The notes below the pieces were generated by a model. That model was not told the DNA's origin. It made no database searches and saw only the letters and a list, made by a program, of their open reading frames with translations. A stretch of DNA of 64,000 nucleotides from Antedon mediterranea (Eukaryota; Animalia; Echinodermata), in assembly GCF_964355755.1 (NCBI RefSeq), contig NC_092670.1, forward strand, positions 33,406,388-33,470,387, read 5' to 3'. Shown piece after piece: positions 41,641-55,790 of the stretch (positions are counted from its first letter, which is position 1; each line of letters begins with the position of its first letter). The position numbers and the translations under genes were made by a program.

Positions 41641-44600
41641 CTCTTTCGAGTGTTACTACAGTAATATAACAAAATGGAAATTCATAAACTATAATCTGAA
41701 AGATTTTCCTAACTAAACCATTTCCAATTGTTTTTCTATGTTTTCAAAACAAAATGGTAATTTTATGTCCAGTTGTCTGCTATGATATCACTATGAAATT
41801 GTTTCGCATACTACTGACTCTCCCGGGAACTTGGCTTCTCTTCTATAGAATTGGCATTCTCTTAAAACTGTTTACCAAAGTATGTTCGCTGTTATGTGAT
41901 AACATGTTCATATTTCTACTGAATGTTGCTTAAATATATTTTATATTGTTGGATGCGTATGAGAAAAATGCAAATTGAATAAAATGATTCAAGGTTCTTT
42001 ACTGGAAATTTTACTTTCTTGGACTCTTTGAGTATAAACAAATTTTAGATTCTCTCGGGTATTGTTCAGTTATATTATATAAGATACTGTACTGTTTTCA
42101 TCTTGTTTGTTATCAATGGTTTTGATGTATTAAAATGTCTATCAACAATTTAAAAGTAGAATCATTGCTGGTAGAATTAACATGTTGTATAACCATTGAG
42201 TTGATACTCAACAAGTTACACAGTAGTGAATGTATTAGAAGTACTGTATGTTATTGCTAAAAGGAAAGATGACATCATTGCTAACCATCTATCAGTATCC
42301 ATACACACCAGCTTTTGTACAGCACACCCTACAACCACAGTCCTATTGACTTGAGTTCTAACCTTCGCCTATACATCCTGTTAAATATTTAATTTGTAGA
42401 CCGAGACTTTATAGACAAATACTGCAAAATACACAATGTTTGCTAGACTGAATTGGTAGTGTTGTTTGTTTGAACTTACTGATCAGATTTGCAGTGTTGT
42501 TTGTACTTCTGTTTGTTTTAACAGGTACACGGTATACTGTAGTAGTTTAGAATGATTTATCAACTCTGTATAGAAAATTTTGGAAGGAACAACAGAATTT
42601 ATACATTTTGAAAAATATGTAAAACTGACAGTTATAAAATATACTGTAATAGGTATTTTTAATTCATACATTAAAATAAGTAATTGGTATGCTCCACCTT
42701 TCAGACACAGTATTTTCATGCAATTTTATGGTTGTTAAATGAATAATATGTCCATTTTTCGTTTCATAATTTCTCTCTCTTCCTAGAGTATGGATTCCAA
42801 TGATTTGTTCTAGTTTTCACTAGCCCAATAGGAACACACTGTTTTTACTAGGAAGCAAGTCAAGCCCCCAGCAACTAATCTGGATTCCACTAAATCTCAT
42901 TATACATGAGATGATGTGACTAATATTCTTTATGAATTACTTCTTTCCTTTAGGAGGAATTGAGGTTTTACTTTTAATTACTCAAGTCTAATATAAAACA
43001 TTGTCGGCATATCAAGGTCAATGCACTATCATTTATAGTAATTTATTAATCGCGGACTTATGTTTAAAAGGTCTTCACAGATTCTACTGTAGTAGTAATA
43101 CTGTAGTTGCCGCATTCTGGTTCCAAGGTAATGGTTTGTGTTTTTTTTTCTATCGCTGATGGCATTTTAATACACAGTGAATACTAATTGCACTTTAGGT
43201 ATTGTTTTTTGTATTTAATTTTCTATAATAATTTTCATTAAGTTGATGTCATGGCCAACATTGTTCACTTCTCATGAGTATAATGAAAGATTCTTTTTTT
43301 TCTTGTCTGATGAATGTTGTGTTATTGAACTTTGAACTAGGAATGCACCTTAGAGTTTAAATATTTTAATAAAAATGTTTCAGAAGTTCTTAATTCATGA
43401 GGGAATCCCATTGAAACAACAACATTTATTAACCAGTAGTTAAAATTGTTTTGTTCATAGGTTAATGTTCCTTTTTTTGTTTTAACCAAAAATGTTATTA
43501 AAGTCAGACAATGATTTTAACATGACAAGATAATTTTGGCATACAGTAGTTATAAACTTTAATCTTGAAATTACATTAATTTACAGTTCATCGTTTTGAA
43601 GAAATCTTTTTATAGCATACACAATAAAATGTATAACAATGTACTTTGCAATCAACCTACTTATAAACTAATTTTCACTTTCAAACTAAAAAGCTCATCA
43701 AACAACAGAAGATGATACAATAAACGATATCATAATCAATAATGTAATGAAAGTAATAAAAATGTCTGTATAAGCAAAATATCTGCACTTTGTTCATCAG
43801 TTCAATTTCAATTCCTCTAAAAATCTATTGACACCAAACCAAAGTAGGCCTACTGTGCAGGCAGAGTATGACTATGAGGATTGTGCAACCAAAAATAGTA
43901 CATGATCATTAAACAAAATTGTGTCAGTTAAAGTTTACATTTGTTGTTTATGTTTAATTTCTGTTACTTTCTCAAATGGCAAAGAGCTTTAAAACAATTA
44001 ATAAGAAACAACGAGTATGTCAATAAAAATATTATTATACATGCAACTACAGTGATCCATATTTGAAGGCATTAAAAGCTTCAGAATGACATGAGATGTT
44101 TTATAGTTTAAGTAACATTAAATACATGATTAAAGAATGTTTCTTTTTAAAGGTATGTAACCATGGTAACAGTAGGATCAGTACATTTACTTAAAACGTT
44201 TTAAAATTGAATCGCAATTCTTTGTCAATTGAAATTTACCGTCATCAAATGTCACATAGTCAGATTCCCAGCAATTATTCTTCTTTCTATTCCTCTCTTC
44301 TCTACTTCTCTTATTTGAAAAATATTTTTTTGGAAAATTTAGGTTACAAACATTAGTTTAAAAAAAATAGGCTAAACACCTTTTAATGAAAGCATGTTGT
44401 GCTGAATATGTCGAATTTGAATTTAATATAAATTCTGAAATTTCTATCTCATCATTCAATGATGAATAGGCTATCAATTCATTGTGTTGGCCGCTTGGGC
44501 TTTTATACTATGTCATTAAATTTGCATTAGTATAATACTAGAATGTATTAATATTATTATATTATGTAGTATTATTTATGAATTAATATATTGTTTTCTG

Positions 44601-46085
44601 GAAAAAATTATCCCAAGATAGAATATTCAGTGACTGCTTTTAATAACTAAGTGATTATGATTAACTATTAAAACAGGTCTCTCAGTCACCAAGATAGGGC
44701 CTGTATAGAGGGAGTTAGAGTTCGGAATTCAATATCTACAGTGTTTACAAGCAAGCTTTTCTCTATCGGAGTTAAATACAGTGTGTCAATTTATTTAACT
44801 TGTTCTCCGTTCAAACGTCTGTTGTCAACATTACATAGAATACCTCTGATTCTGAACCTATTAAACAAAAGGTACAGTACATCAGAGTTGTATCAGGATT
44901 AGCAATAGGGCAACATAAGAGTTGATCACGCAAGCAGCTTAACATTACATTATGTGTGAACACAGTTAATACTACAGTAAAGATGATGCTTGCTTCTTAA
45001 ATATGGATAACGCAGGTCACTGAACCGTATACTTGGTAAGATGCTCTCCAAATTCTTTTTCGGATCAGGTGTGAAAGCAGCTATTTCTTTGAATGTTGAT
45101 GTGAAGATGGACTGTTTCCTTAGTTGAGTGTTAGAATAAATGTATACTTTTTGTATCATGCATCCCTGCTTTCAAAGCCTCATAAAATATAACTAAAATA
45201 GTTGCATGTTGTACCTAATGATACAATATAACAACTACTGTACACAGATTTGCATAATTTAAAAAGGTATATAAATCTTATGATCCAATGCCAATCCTAT
45301 TGCATTAACCAACTACACTGGTTTTATGTATTTATAATTGTCAGTAGTAGTTCAAATTAACATACTGTACACAAACATGTACAACTATCATTAGCACAAC
45401 TAAACATGTTTTTCATGTGAGCCTTACTTTACTTTGGAACTAGGTCACATAGAATATCCTCAATAACAGTAACACCTGCTTGTATGCAAATATAATTTCT
45501 CTGTAAACTAAAAACAAGTTTTTACTTGAAATGATGATTCAAAATCGAACTGAAGTGTCATCGGGGTATAATTGTTAGAGTGAATAAATACGACAATGAG
45601 ACATAGGAAATAATGAACATTACTAATTAATTGTGCTATTTATTGAACCAGATAATTACCATCTATGTGTATTTGAATTAGACTTTCTTACAAGATAGTA
45701 TGTTATCGTTAAACTCTTCAATACAACTATTAAAAGAACATTATTTAAAAAAAATGCTATGTTTACTTTTAAGTGGAGAAAGATAAAACTTGTTAAGAAA
45801 ATGGAAAATGGGTGATATTATAACTTCCTAGCAATTTAGAAACTTTTTCATTTGAAAAAAGAAAAACAATTTTCCATTTTCTATATTTATGTTCAAATCA
45901 AAAGAGATCAACTTAAACAAATACAATTTTGCAAACTATTTTCCCTTAAATTTTTAATTTTCATAATTGTTAAAGGTGAAAATAATTCACATATATATTT
46001 CCATTTTCAAGAATGTTTTTGGCCCATCTAATAAAAATGATACTTTCAATTTTGCAGCAAAATAAAAATATACATATAAAGTTAT

Positions 46086-46821
46086 GGGTGTCTAGAAAAC
46101 TCAGATCTCCGATATATCTGAGTTTTCTAGATCTAGAAAACTCAGATATCTGACTTTTCTAGATCTAGAAAACTCAGATCAATATCTGACTTTTCTAGTT
46201 CCAAAATGGAACTAGAAAACTCAGATCATCATTTGATTGGTTGGTAGGTCATTTGGATCGTTCCATTATTAATCAGCGGGTAGGTCATTTGAAATACAGT
46301 ACTAGAGTATTATTAAAACTGATTACTGTGTACGTTTTCTTACTAATATTGTAACATGTAGAAGCGGCCTACGGCATAAATCATAAAGAAAATACAGTGC
46401 ATGTTACCGTTAAAATATACTGTAGGCTTAAAATTGAGGCATGTACAAGTTGGTGTGGGTATGAGTTGGTTGAGGTACGAGTTAGCCAAGTTGGGAATAG
46501 GTACGAGTTATTTTGGGTATGAGTTGGCCACTTCTAGTCTAGAACTGTAAGACAAGGCCTACTACTCTACTACTCTACTCTACTCTAATTATTTTTATTA
46601 GTAAGAAAACGTATACAGTAATACTGTGTAGTATTTCAAATATGCTACCCTCTAATAATAATGGAACAATCCATTTGATGATCTGGGTTTTCTAGTTCCA
46701 TTTTGGAACTAGAAAACTTAGATATTGATATCTGAGTTTTCTAGATCTAGAAAAGTCAGATATCTGAGTTTTCTAGATCTAGAAAAGTCAGATATCTGAG
46801 ATCTGAGTTTTCTAGACACCC
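46086..46821. mobile_element. Mutator-like/foldback MITE with internally repetitive long TIRs
   Basis: GGGTGTCTAGAAAACTCAGATC ... GATCTGAGTTTTCTAGACACCC; ~145-bp arms built from CTAGAAAACTCAGAT units. Flanks aaagttat / aaaattat may be a decayed 8-9-bp TSD. An internal gggtacgagttggtt mini-array is present. Confidence 0.85.
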
Positions 46822-49800
46822 CAAAATTATTTTCATATTCCATGTTTTTGCTCATTTACCTATTAATAATATTTGTGCCACTTTCTTAGATATTTAATAC
46901 TAAAATTAAAAATTAATTATTAATTTCAAAATCTGCTCTAAAACATGTTTAAAATAGAATATTTCAACCAAAATTGTTGAATATAATACCCAGTTACATT
47001 ACATTTCTACCAATTGATCTAAAGGCAGAAAATTACTCGATTACCCAACACTTTATGGAATCGTTAAAATTAGCATTGTTACTGGAACGTGCATTATTGC
47101 TAATTGGCAATATTCAATTCATAAGTAATGTACGGTGTATACAAAACGTTACATTGGCTGGGATATAAATTGACAGTCAAGAGTCATGAATATTATCTGT
47201 TATACATAATACCTGTACAGTTATTCTTTTGTTGTGTTGTTATGAGTAGTTTAGTAACATTTTATTCTTTTAAACAGACAAAATGATGTGATAAAAATAG
47301 TACTGTCAGATTTATAAAAACAAAGGATAGTGAGTGTGATTTACTTGCTTAAAATATTTTTTTAAACTGCTTCTGAAAAAAATAATTCAATGATTTAAAC
47401 ATTTTGGAAAAAAGTAAATGATTGATTATAGATATATGTTGTCAAAGTTTTTTGTTGAAATAGTGCATTTGAATGCTCACATAATTAAGAAACAAGAATG
47501 CCATCAGAATGGTTTCTTATTTTCTTTATCATTATTTATATACTGTATTTCATAATTTTTTTTTTCTGTTTTTTAAGAGTTTACTAATGAATTTAAACTA
47601 CAAAAGAATATTGCATCAAATTTTGATTCTTGACTGTTTTTTTGGGACAGTTATCTTTAATCAGTTGCAACAGTATTAGCAAATGCGAACAAAATAGATA
47701 TCTTCATATCTAAATAAAATACTGTACTAACAATTAAAAAGTGTGATGTAGTTTCAAACCAAGGGAATTAATACAAACATATCTGTCATTGGTACTGCAG
47801 TTGCCTAATCCCTGTTATCCAAGCCAACTATTAGTAAACCATTTAACAAATAAAAATAAATCCAAACAAATGCATTTCTTGTCATCAATCAGTCAATCAA
47901 CTTCTATTGCTCTAATTCTTTGCATTTTTTTCTACATTCAATTAAATAAGGATTTTCTATTCAGTACGTCTCTAACATACAAGCATTGTTGTTGAATACG
48001 TTATGGCTATTGTCTGTTGTACACTGTAAATGTTTAAACCTAATAAACGACCGTGTTTATGAAATTTTGAAGCCCTTGGAACATTTTGCTGGCACTAAAG
48101 AACCATTTATAAAAATGTTGTCACCTATATAATTTTAGCTGAAACTTTAAAAGTAATATTATTTGCATGGTATTCTCATAAAAATCTTGTCTATATTTGA
48201 ATATATTTGAATGCACAATCCCAGAGGGCTGGTGTGTACCCTGAACAATTCTGTGCTAACCTCTCCCCACCCCTCCCCTCTAATAATATACCCTAATTCC
48301 CATCGCCTATAGTAAAAGCAAAAAATCGTCTTTTTGAAATAAAGAAGTTGGAACTTACTGTAAAAATACTGTTTAAAACCCTATATGCACAACATAAATT
48401 AAATGATTCGTTTGAAAATAGTTTTTTAAATTTACAATTATAATTTCTTCAGTTTGTTTAGGAAATATTAATAAAGGTTTTGCATTTGAAATATAACTGT
48501 AATTAAATTGTCATGCACTTTGGTAAACCATTACACCACTTTCTATTGCCATTGGAAATGGACATTAAAGATGTATGCCACTAGAGTGTGCAGTATTCAG
48601 TATATTGAATTTTCTGAAACAGTATAATATAATAGGGTTCATTAACCCCAATATAAAGAACAAATTATTTGCCAAAATGGCATGTTACCTGAAGTCTTCC
48701 AATTCCAATGCTCAATTTATTCTCTACTTAATTCTATCTAGAGTTTAGGAACTGAATTATAGTTTCTTTCTTTGCATATTAAAAGCCATTTATCGACAAT
48801 AACGTGAGTTCATCAGCATACAAGATTATATTTTAATGATGTTGTCATAAAAGATTGTCGGTGAGTGTACTTTTGGAATGACAATTAAAACGTGGTAGTT
48901 AATTGTCTAGATATATTCTGCGAAAATTGAAACAGTTTGATAGTAAAACCAAAATTAAAACTTCTCATAAAATCATAATTTTAATTTGAATTTACAACAA
49001 GAATTGGTTCATCATGTTTGAATGGGTTATGTTTTTTAATAAATAACAGTCAACCTTCTCATAAATTACATTACAAATCTACTTCTAATTTGCCAATGGT
49101 CCTCAATTGTGTCATTGATGCTAAATTTTGTCAAACATTTTTTTTTTAACTTTTTATTTTGTGAAGTTGCAATTATATTTATTTATACAATTATGAAATT
49201 ATATCTACTTTGTAAACTGGAGAGCAATTAATGATTGATTGAATTAGTTTTTTACCACTCGGCTTTCCTACTGTAAACTTGAAATTGGTCTGTCTAATTT
49301 TGGTTTAAAATCAATATTGAAGAAAATGAACTATGTGGAACTTTAAGATTGACATTTGTTAATGTTGCACCAGATTACATTCAAAACCCTAAATTGGAAG
49401 ACTCTCAATATTAAGTTGGTTTTTGTTGATTTACAATCAATACCGAAGTAAATTAATTATTGATAAAGTAGTTATGATTAGATGAAGCTAATTTTGCAAT
49501 ATTTTGACAATTTCCTTCGGGAGTACCTAGTGAAAACCAATTAGAGTGACGTTCAGTGTTGTATAACCCTCATCAGTTCCTAACACAGGCTATCTTACAA
49601 ACAGGGCAATTAAGGACAGATTACAAAGTACACCCACTGACTGAAGTGATTATTATCTGATCCTAAATATATTGTAAAATTAACAATTCAACTAATGTAT
49701 ACACACGGTCTATTTGGGCACTGATGTAGTTGCCACAACTGTGACTAGCCCCTCGCATTTTGTAGCCCAAATTGTCTTTAAAATCATCCAGGCAGAAAGT

Positions 49801-50768
49801 GTCATCATTTTCTTGAATATGCAGTGACTTTAGGTTTCAGGGGTACTGTTTAAGTTTCTGAATAGAATTATACATTTGAGAGAAGGTTAAAAAAAATGTG
49901 TACACAGTATTAAGTTTAGAAAGGTAATTTCCCTTATTGATTTACATATTTATTTTTAAATTTTTAGGTACTGAAGTTGACTAGTTGTGACTATTTTTTA
50001 GCCCTAATTCCCATGATTTATTACGTTTTATTGTTTACAATGTTTATTATTGGGTAAATATAAAAAAGAAAGAAAAAATGTTAAATTAGACAAGCATTTC
50101 CTATTGGAGTTATAATGGATGTTTAACTAATTTTTATTTGTTTAAACACAGAACAAGCTACACTGCAATGTAACACTGGTAGACCTCAATTTATCCGATA
50201 GAGAAAAGAAACATAATAGCTGCCTATCCTGGAGTGGTTTATATCAGACATTGTGTTGGTTAAATATCAACTTAAGCCCTGATAAGCATCTTATTCTCAA
50301 CTGTTACATCAAATTAAGTTATCTTGGGCTTCAGTCATCTGTCAACACTCCAAAACCAAATAAATGTTCATTACACAGCAAATATTCATACAGATGATAA
50401 TAATCTATTGCTGATAGATATCATTGTGTGTGATGTTTAGTGTCAGGGTGTCTCATACAGATGATAGTTAAATTTAGAGTGTCAAAAGATCGCATGTTTT
50501 TGGCTAGCAGCTATTTTCAGGGGGTAATCTGAAAAATAAATAATAAATCTCCACCATTAGGTTTTTTTTTTTCATTTATCAATTGTAAATCTTATAAATC
50601 TAGATTGATACGATGATACGTTAAATACAAATTGATGTAAAACCAAGTAAAATATTTCACCAGAATTTCCTAGGAGTTAGCTATGATTCCATGGGAGTTA
50701 GTGTAGAGTTACTAGAGTTGCCTATGAATTCCTACAGTTGCCTATGAATTCCTATAGTTTATTCTATG

Positions 50769-51138
50769 ATTCCCTGGGAGTTTTACCTTATTCCCTGGGA
50801 GTTGTACCTTATTCCCTGGGAGTTGTACCTTATCCCTGGGAGTTGTACCTTGTTCCCTGGGAGTTGTACCTTATTCCCTGGGAGTTGTACCTTGTTCCCT
50901 GGAAGTTGTACCTTATTCCCTGGGAGTTGTACCTTATTCCCTGGGAGTTGTACCTTATTCCCTGGGAGTTGTACCTTATTCCCTGGGAGTTGTACCTTAT
51001 TCCCTGGGAGTTGTACCTTGTTCCCTGGGAGTTGTACCTTGTTCCCTGGGAGTTGTACCTTGTTCCCTGGGAGTTGTACCTTGTTCCCTGGGAGTTGTAC
51101 CTTATTCCCTGGGAGTTGTACCTTATTCTTTGGGAGTT
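50769..51138. repeat. 21-bp minisatellite (A/G)TTCCCTGGGAGTTGTACCTT, about 17 copies
   Basis: Near-perfect tandem array; it produces the three repetitive ORFs at 50738-51166. Confidence 0.97.
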
Positions 51139-53967
51139 ATGCATGAAAAACATGGACTTGTGTTAGTGTTACCTACAGTACAATTCTCTTGGATTTGGTG
51201 CACATTTTTCTGTTCTGGGAATTTCAAATTCTACTTGAATAGTATACTATCATTAATAAATACCAAATTTATCAATACACCATTCCATCTTGTGTTCAAT
51301 AAAATTGGTACTCTTTCAAATGACTGGCCTTTCCACATAATGGGATATGCATTTCAAACATGGCATGATGGTGACAGACAATAATTAATACAATGTATAT
51401 CACCCAGTCTGTTCACATTATTGATTACATGCTGCATTGTCTGTACCTGGGATTACAGGGGTCATGAACATTGGATGGGATATCAGTCCTTGAAACCATT
51501 AAAAAAGATTTCAAATTTGACTGGATGCAATTAGTAAAAGAATTATATTAAATGCTTATAAGCATCCCAGAGGAAATGAAACCAGAGCAGAATTTATTCA
51601 AACCTTAAACAAATGTAAATTTACACTAATGCAAACCAGCAAAACGAAAATGAATTTTTATCAATAAAATTATTTACAGATTTTTTAAACTAATATAATT
51701 TTTTAGATTATTGTTATTGAAGAACTCCAGTCTTATTTGCTATTTTAAACAAATTAAAAACATGGGCAATGATTCTTTTTGTATATCAATACTGTTAAAG
51801 CATGCTTTACAAATGTATACCTTTTGTGACTACATTATCCCCAAATTCCAGAATGTGTTTACAGTTGTTATGACAATGATTGTTTTATTTAACATATTTA
51901 ACATTTGCTGCCCTCTATAGTGCAATCATATTTTTTTTTTAACTATTGTGATCTTTTTTCTTATTTATTTTATTCATTCATTCTTTCTTTTTTTTGTGGG
52001 GCTTTAATGAGAGATTTATAATACTTTTTTGTTGACATTAATGCATACTAGACAATCTTTGTTCTGTCTTGTGAGATTGTTTTCAAATTTAAATAAAATA
52101 TTTTGCTGTTCTTAATAGCACAGGTCATACATTGATATGATGTCTTAATTATCAATTTCTCAAATATTGAATTGAATTTGAATATAAGCAAGAAGCTATA
52201 GTGAAAAAAAACCTCATTGCATTGGCAGGTAATAACTAAAAATCTATATTCCTGTACCTCGTCTGATACTATAGCTGATGGATGTTTTTCAAAATATATT
52301 TGTTTTAAATGTAATAGGTTGTGGGTTTTGTCAAAGGCTTAATCAAATTAAAGTTTCTTAGACATCATGGCATTTCATGTAGCATCTTGACAAAATACAA
52401 CCCCTAGTGTTCCTGTGTACTATTTATCCTATATTGCCTTGGAAAACGATATAAACTAGTTTCATGAACTAATATTATTAACTACTCTGTGAATTAATCA
52501 TGGGTTTATGGAAACATTTGTAATGGAATGCTTTTAAGTACACGCTAATTAATAAAGCTTGTTTTCTATTCCACTGCATAATTGCTGAATAAATATTATT
52601 ATTAGGTTATGTTGACTATTATGAAGCACTTGTCCCAGAGTCATCTTATCCTCTTGAGAGTACATGCTTTTAACTCGTTTGTTTCCCTGGTTTAAATCGT
52701 TCAATATACTACGACTAGTACTTTAATGTTTCATTTATACAGAATCGTGTCGAAATTGCTAGTATGTTCGCATAAATTGACTAATGATATAGATTTTTTC
52801 GCGTCTGTGTAAAAGGTTTACAAGCCAGGTTGCTTTTAAATTGGCTTAGCTGTAGTGGATGTTAAGAGCAGGGGGACAATTGGGGATTTTTTGACTTGAC
52901 ACATTTAAGGTTCAATGTTATGATGGCTTTACAGAATTATATTTCCTATAGTTGACCTATATTAAACAACTGTTTGGAGCTAATCTAAAATAATACTATA
53001 AATATAGTCATGTTTTTTTCCAAACTCTGATTACTTACTAAATTTTATTGTAACAAATACAAATATTGAAAATTACTACTAGTTAAGAAAATCACAAATG
53101 TTGTCAAGTTGGATTCAGTGCCTTGAACACAGATTGTTCCCTTTATAATTGTGAAAACCGGACCACTTTATTTGCCGTGGCTACATCATACTAAATTCAA
53201 CAAGCTTGTCTAGTACTAGTGGGTAGTGCAACAAAGCGTTACATAATCAGATGAGTTACCAACTTTTACATGATTGTGAAGAATCGGAAGTGAACTACAT
53301 TTGAGAAGATGTGGTAACTTACATCAGGCCAGTAAAATGACATTTGAACTAGTAAAATCTATTGTAACTTTCCCAATGCTAAATGGTGATAACACAAAAC
53401 AGAGCCATGTTTATACCATTACCAGATCATACAAGTATAATAAAAGTGTAATATTAGTATTTCAAATGAATTATATAAGCCTATGGTATTAATTGCCACT
53501 CCCAGTATAAAACTTTATTTGCTGTAATAAAGTTTTAACAAAGCTTGTCATGCTGGTATGTGTATTTGAACTTGTATAGGAGATTTACATATGTAATGGT
53601 TTCAGGCAATTTTGTTAAATAAATCAATATATAACCCAAATACCATCTGCAGAATGAAATCTCAAATCCCAGTAAATTGTTGCTAATGTGCACACCTGAC
53701 GCAATAAGAAATCATGTTTTTAAAAATTAACTGCAGTGCTCTACTTATTAGACATAAATTTAAAACTATTTTCATAATAAATATATTTATCAACAGCTTG
53801 CTTTTAAAACAAAACCCCTTGAGACCAGATTACTGTACAAATTCTCAAATTTGGTTTTATGTATTGATGGGTAGGTATATCAACATTCCATGATCTACTT
53901 TTCAAATATGGTATGCCTATAAATATAAGAAGAAATAGGTGTTTACATTATTATTAAATGTTTTTAA

Positions 53968-54245
53968 TCCAGAATGCAACCATCTGATTGGTTAAAAGTT
54001 ATTGTAGATACCCATACAACCATCTAATTGGTAAACATTTACTGTAAATATCTGGAATGCAACCATCTGATTGGTTAAACGTTTCTGTAGATATCCATAC
54101 AACCATCCGATTGATAAACATTTACTGTAAATATCTGGAATGCAACTATCTGATTGGTTAAAAGTTACTGTAGGTTCCCATACAACCATCTGATTGGTTT
54201 ATTGTAGTAATCTGGAATATAAACATTGGTTAAGGTTACTGTAGA
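53968..54245. repeat. 83-bp tandem repeat (~3 copies), each made of two AACCATCTGATTGGTT-bearing subunits
   Basis: gaatgcaac recurs at 53972, 54055 and 54138. Confidence 0.85.
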
Positions 54246-54884
54246 CCTTAGTTAATAATAGATCAATAAATTGAAATAAACATTATACTTTAAATTTTAA
54301 AAGAATAACTTAATATTGTAATGATTGTTTACAATCATGTTAAGATGCCATTCTTAATACCTCATTGTTGTATTTAGGTTACTGACCCATTACATAATGT
54401 ATATTGTGTGTAGTGTGTTTCTAGTTAAAAACTACTACAAATTGACTTGAATAAGTTAATCTAATTATGTATGATCACCATCAACTAATAACATAATATA
54501 ACCTGTGTAAATCCTCAGTTCAGTCTTGTCTACAGTATGCACTTTTCAAATTATTTAACTATTAGCAGCACCAATTGCAATTTGATGATTTAGTAGTTAG
54601 AAATAATCAGAAAATCATTAACAAATCTACCTTAAGCATGTGTTAGATTGCTCAAGTTGCGTTTATAACTTTATTATCAAATTTCCTCAATTTAAAAAGC
54701 AATTCTGTTCATATTATGCTGTTATTACTTTATGATTGCTTCATCTTTTGTACTATTTCATGTCTTGCTGTATACATACCATACCAATCCATAATATACT
54801 GTATATTAAATAACATAATAATAATAAATAACCCCAATTTAATTAAGCTAAAGTTTTACTGCAGAATAGTTAATCTGTCATTTC

Positions 54885-55030
54885 ATGTTGAGGGGACATA
54901 CTGTAGTTTGTGGATTGTACCATTTTTGGAATGGTCGTTCAATAATAATTATCTACAGTTCAAGTTAAATCTCGCTCTTTATGAAGAATGTCTATTGCCT
55001 GTTTATCCAGGTACTATAAGTATAAGCGGC
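54885..55030 (+). repeat. Dispersed 'GTTTATCCAGGTAAGC' repeat family, copy C (with small insertions at TA)
   Basis: ttgaggggacata(ctgta)gtttgtggattgtaccattt...atctcgctctt...gtttatccaggta...taagcggca. Confidence 0.7.
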
Positions 55031-55790
55031 AGTAAATGTAAGAGACTAATTGTAACATTTAGTAAAATGTAAAATATAAAATTTAAAATCTGATTATGTA
55101 TTTGTATCTGACTGGAGACATTGAGATTTTAATAGGAATAAAGTAAACTGCAATATGTGTAGAATTTACTATAAAGAAGACATACTTGATTCATTCACCT
55201 GAATTCTAATGTTTGTTTTTGTCTATCACTTTGTATAAGCGAAGAAAGACAACTGGCAATATCTGTCATTTTCAGATTTATGATGTGAATGTAACAGGTA
55301 TATTTCAAATGTGAAAGGATGCCTCAACTAATGAAATCTGATTCTAAGTCTTCTTTATATTTAGTATTCTTGCCTGATATGTTTTGTATGATAAATTACA
55401 GGTATCTTCACTACTAGTAGATAGAAAAAGATTTGCAATTTGTAGTTGTTGTCAGATCTGTAATATCCACAAAGAAAACCAGATTAAATATGCTTTAAAT
55501 TCTGAATTTGAAATTAGAAAAAGATTAAGATAAGAAACAGAAAAGTTACAGTTAAGGAATTTTAAAGGAAATTTATCCTAGTTTGGCATCTGGTACTGTG
55601 CAGTCCTTTTATCATGAAAGGGAACAAGCTTGGCGAGAGTTGGTACCTGATGATTACTGTACATTCAGTGTGTTTGGGTTAAATCATTTTATTAAACTGA
55701 ATTTATTATTATTTTGCTTTTTATGACTTCTTTATTCATTAAGCAAAGTAATTTGCTTGATTGAAAATGTTCATCTGGTTTGTAGGTAAG

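Noticed and set aside
50738-51166. Repetitive ORFs (PWELYLI)n, (PGSCTLF)n and (QGIRYNS)n
   Set aside because: Artefacts of a stop-free 21-bp minisatellite.
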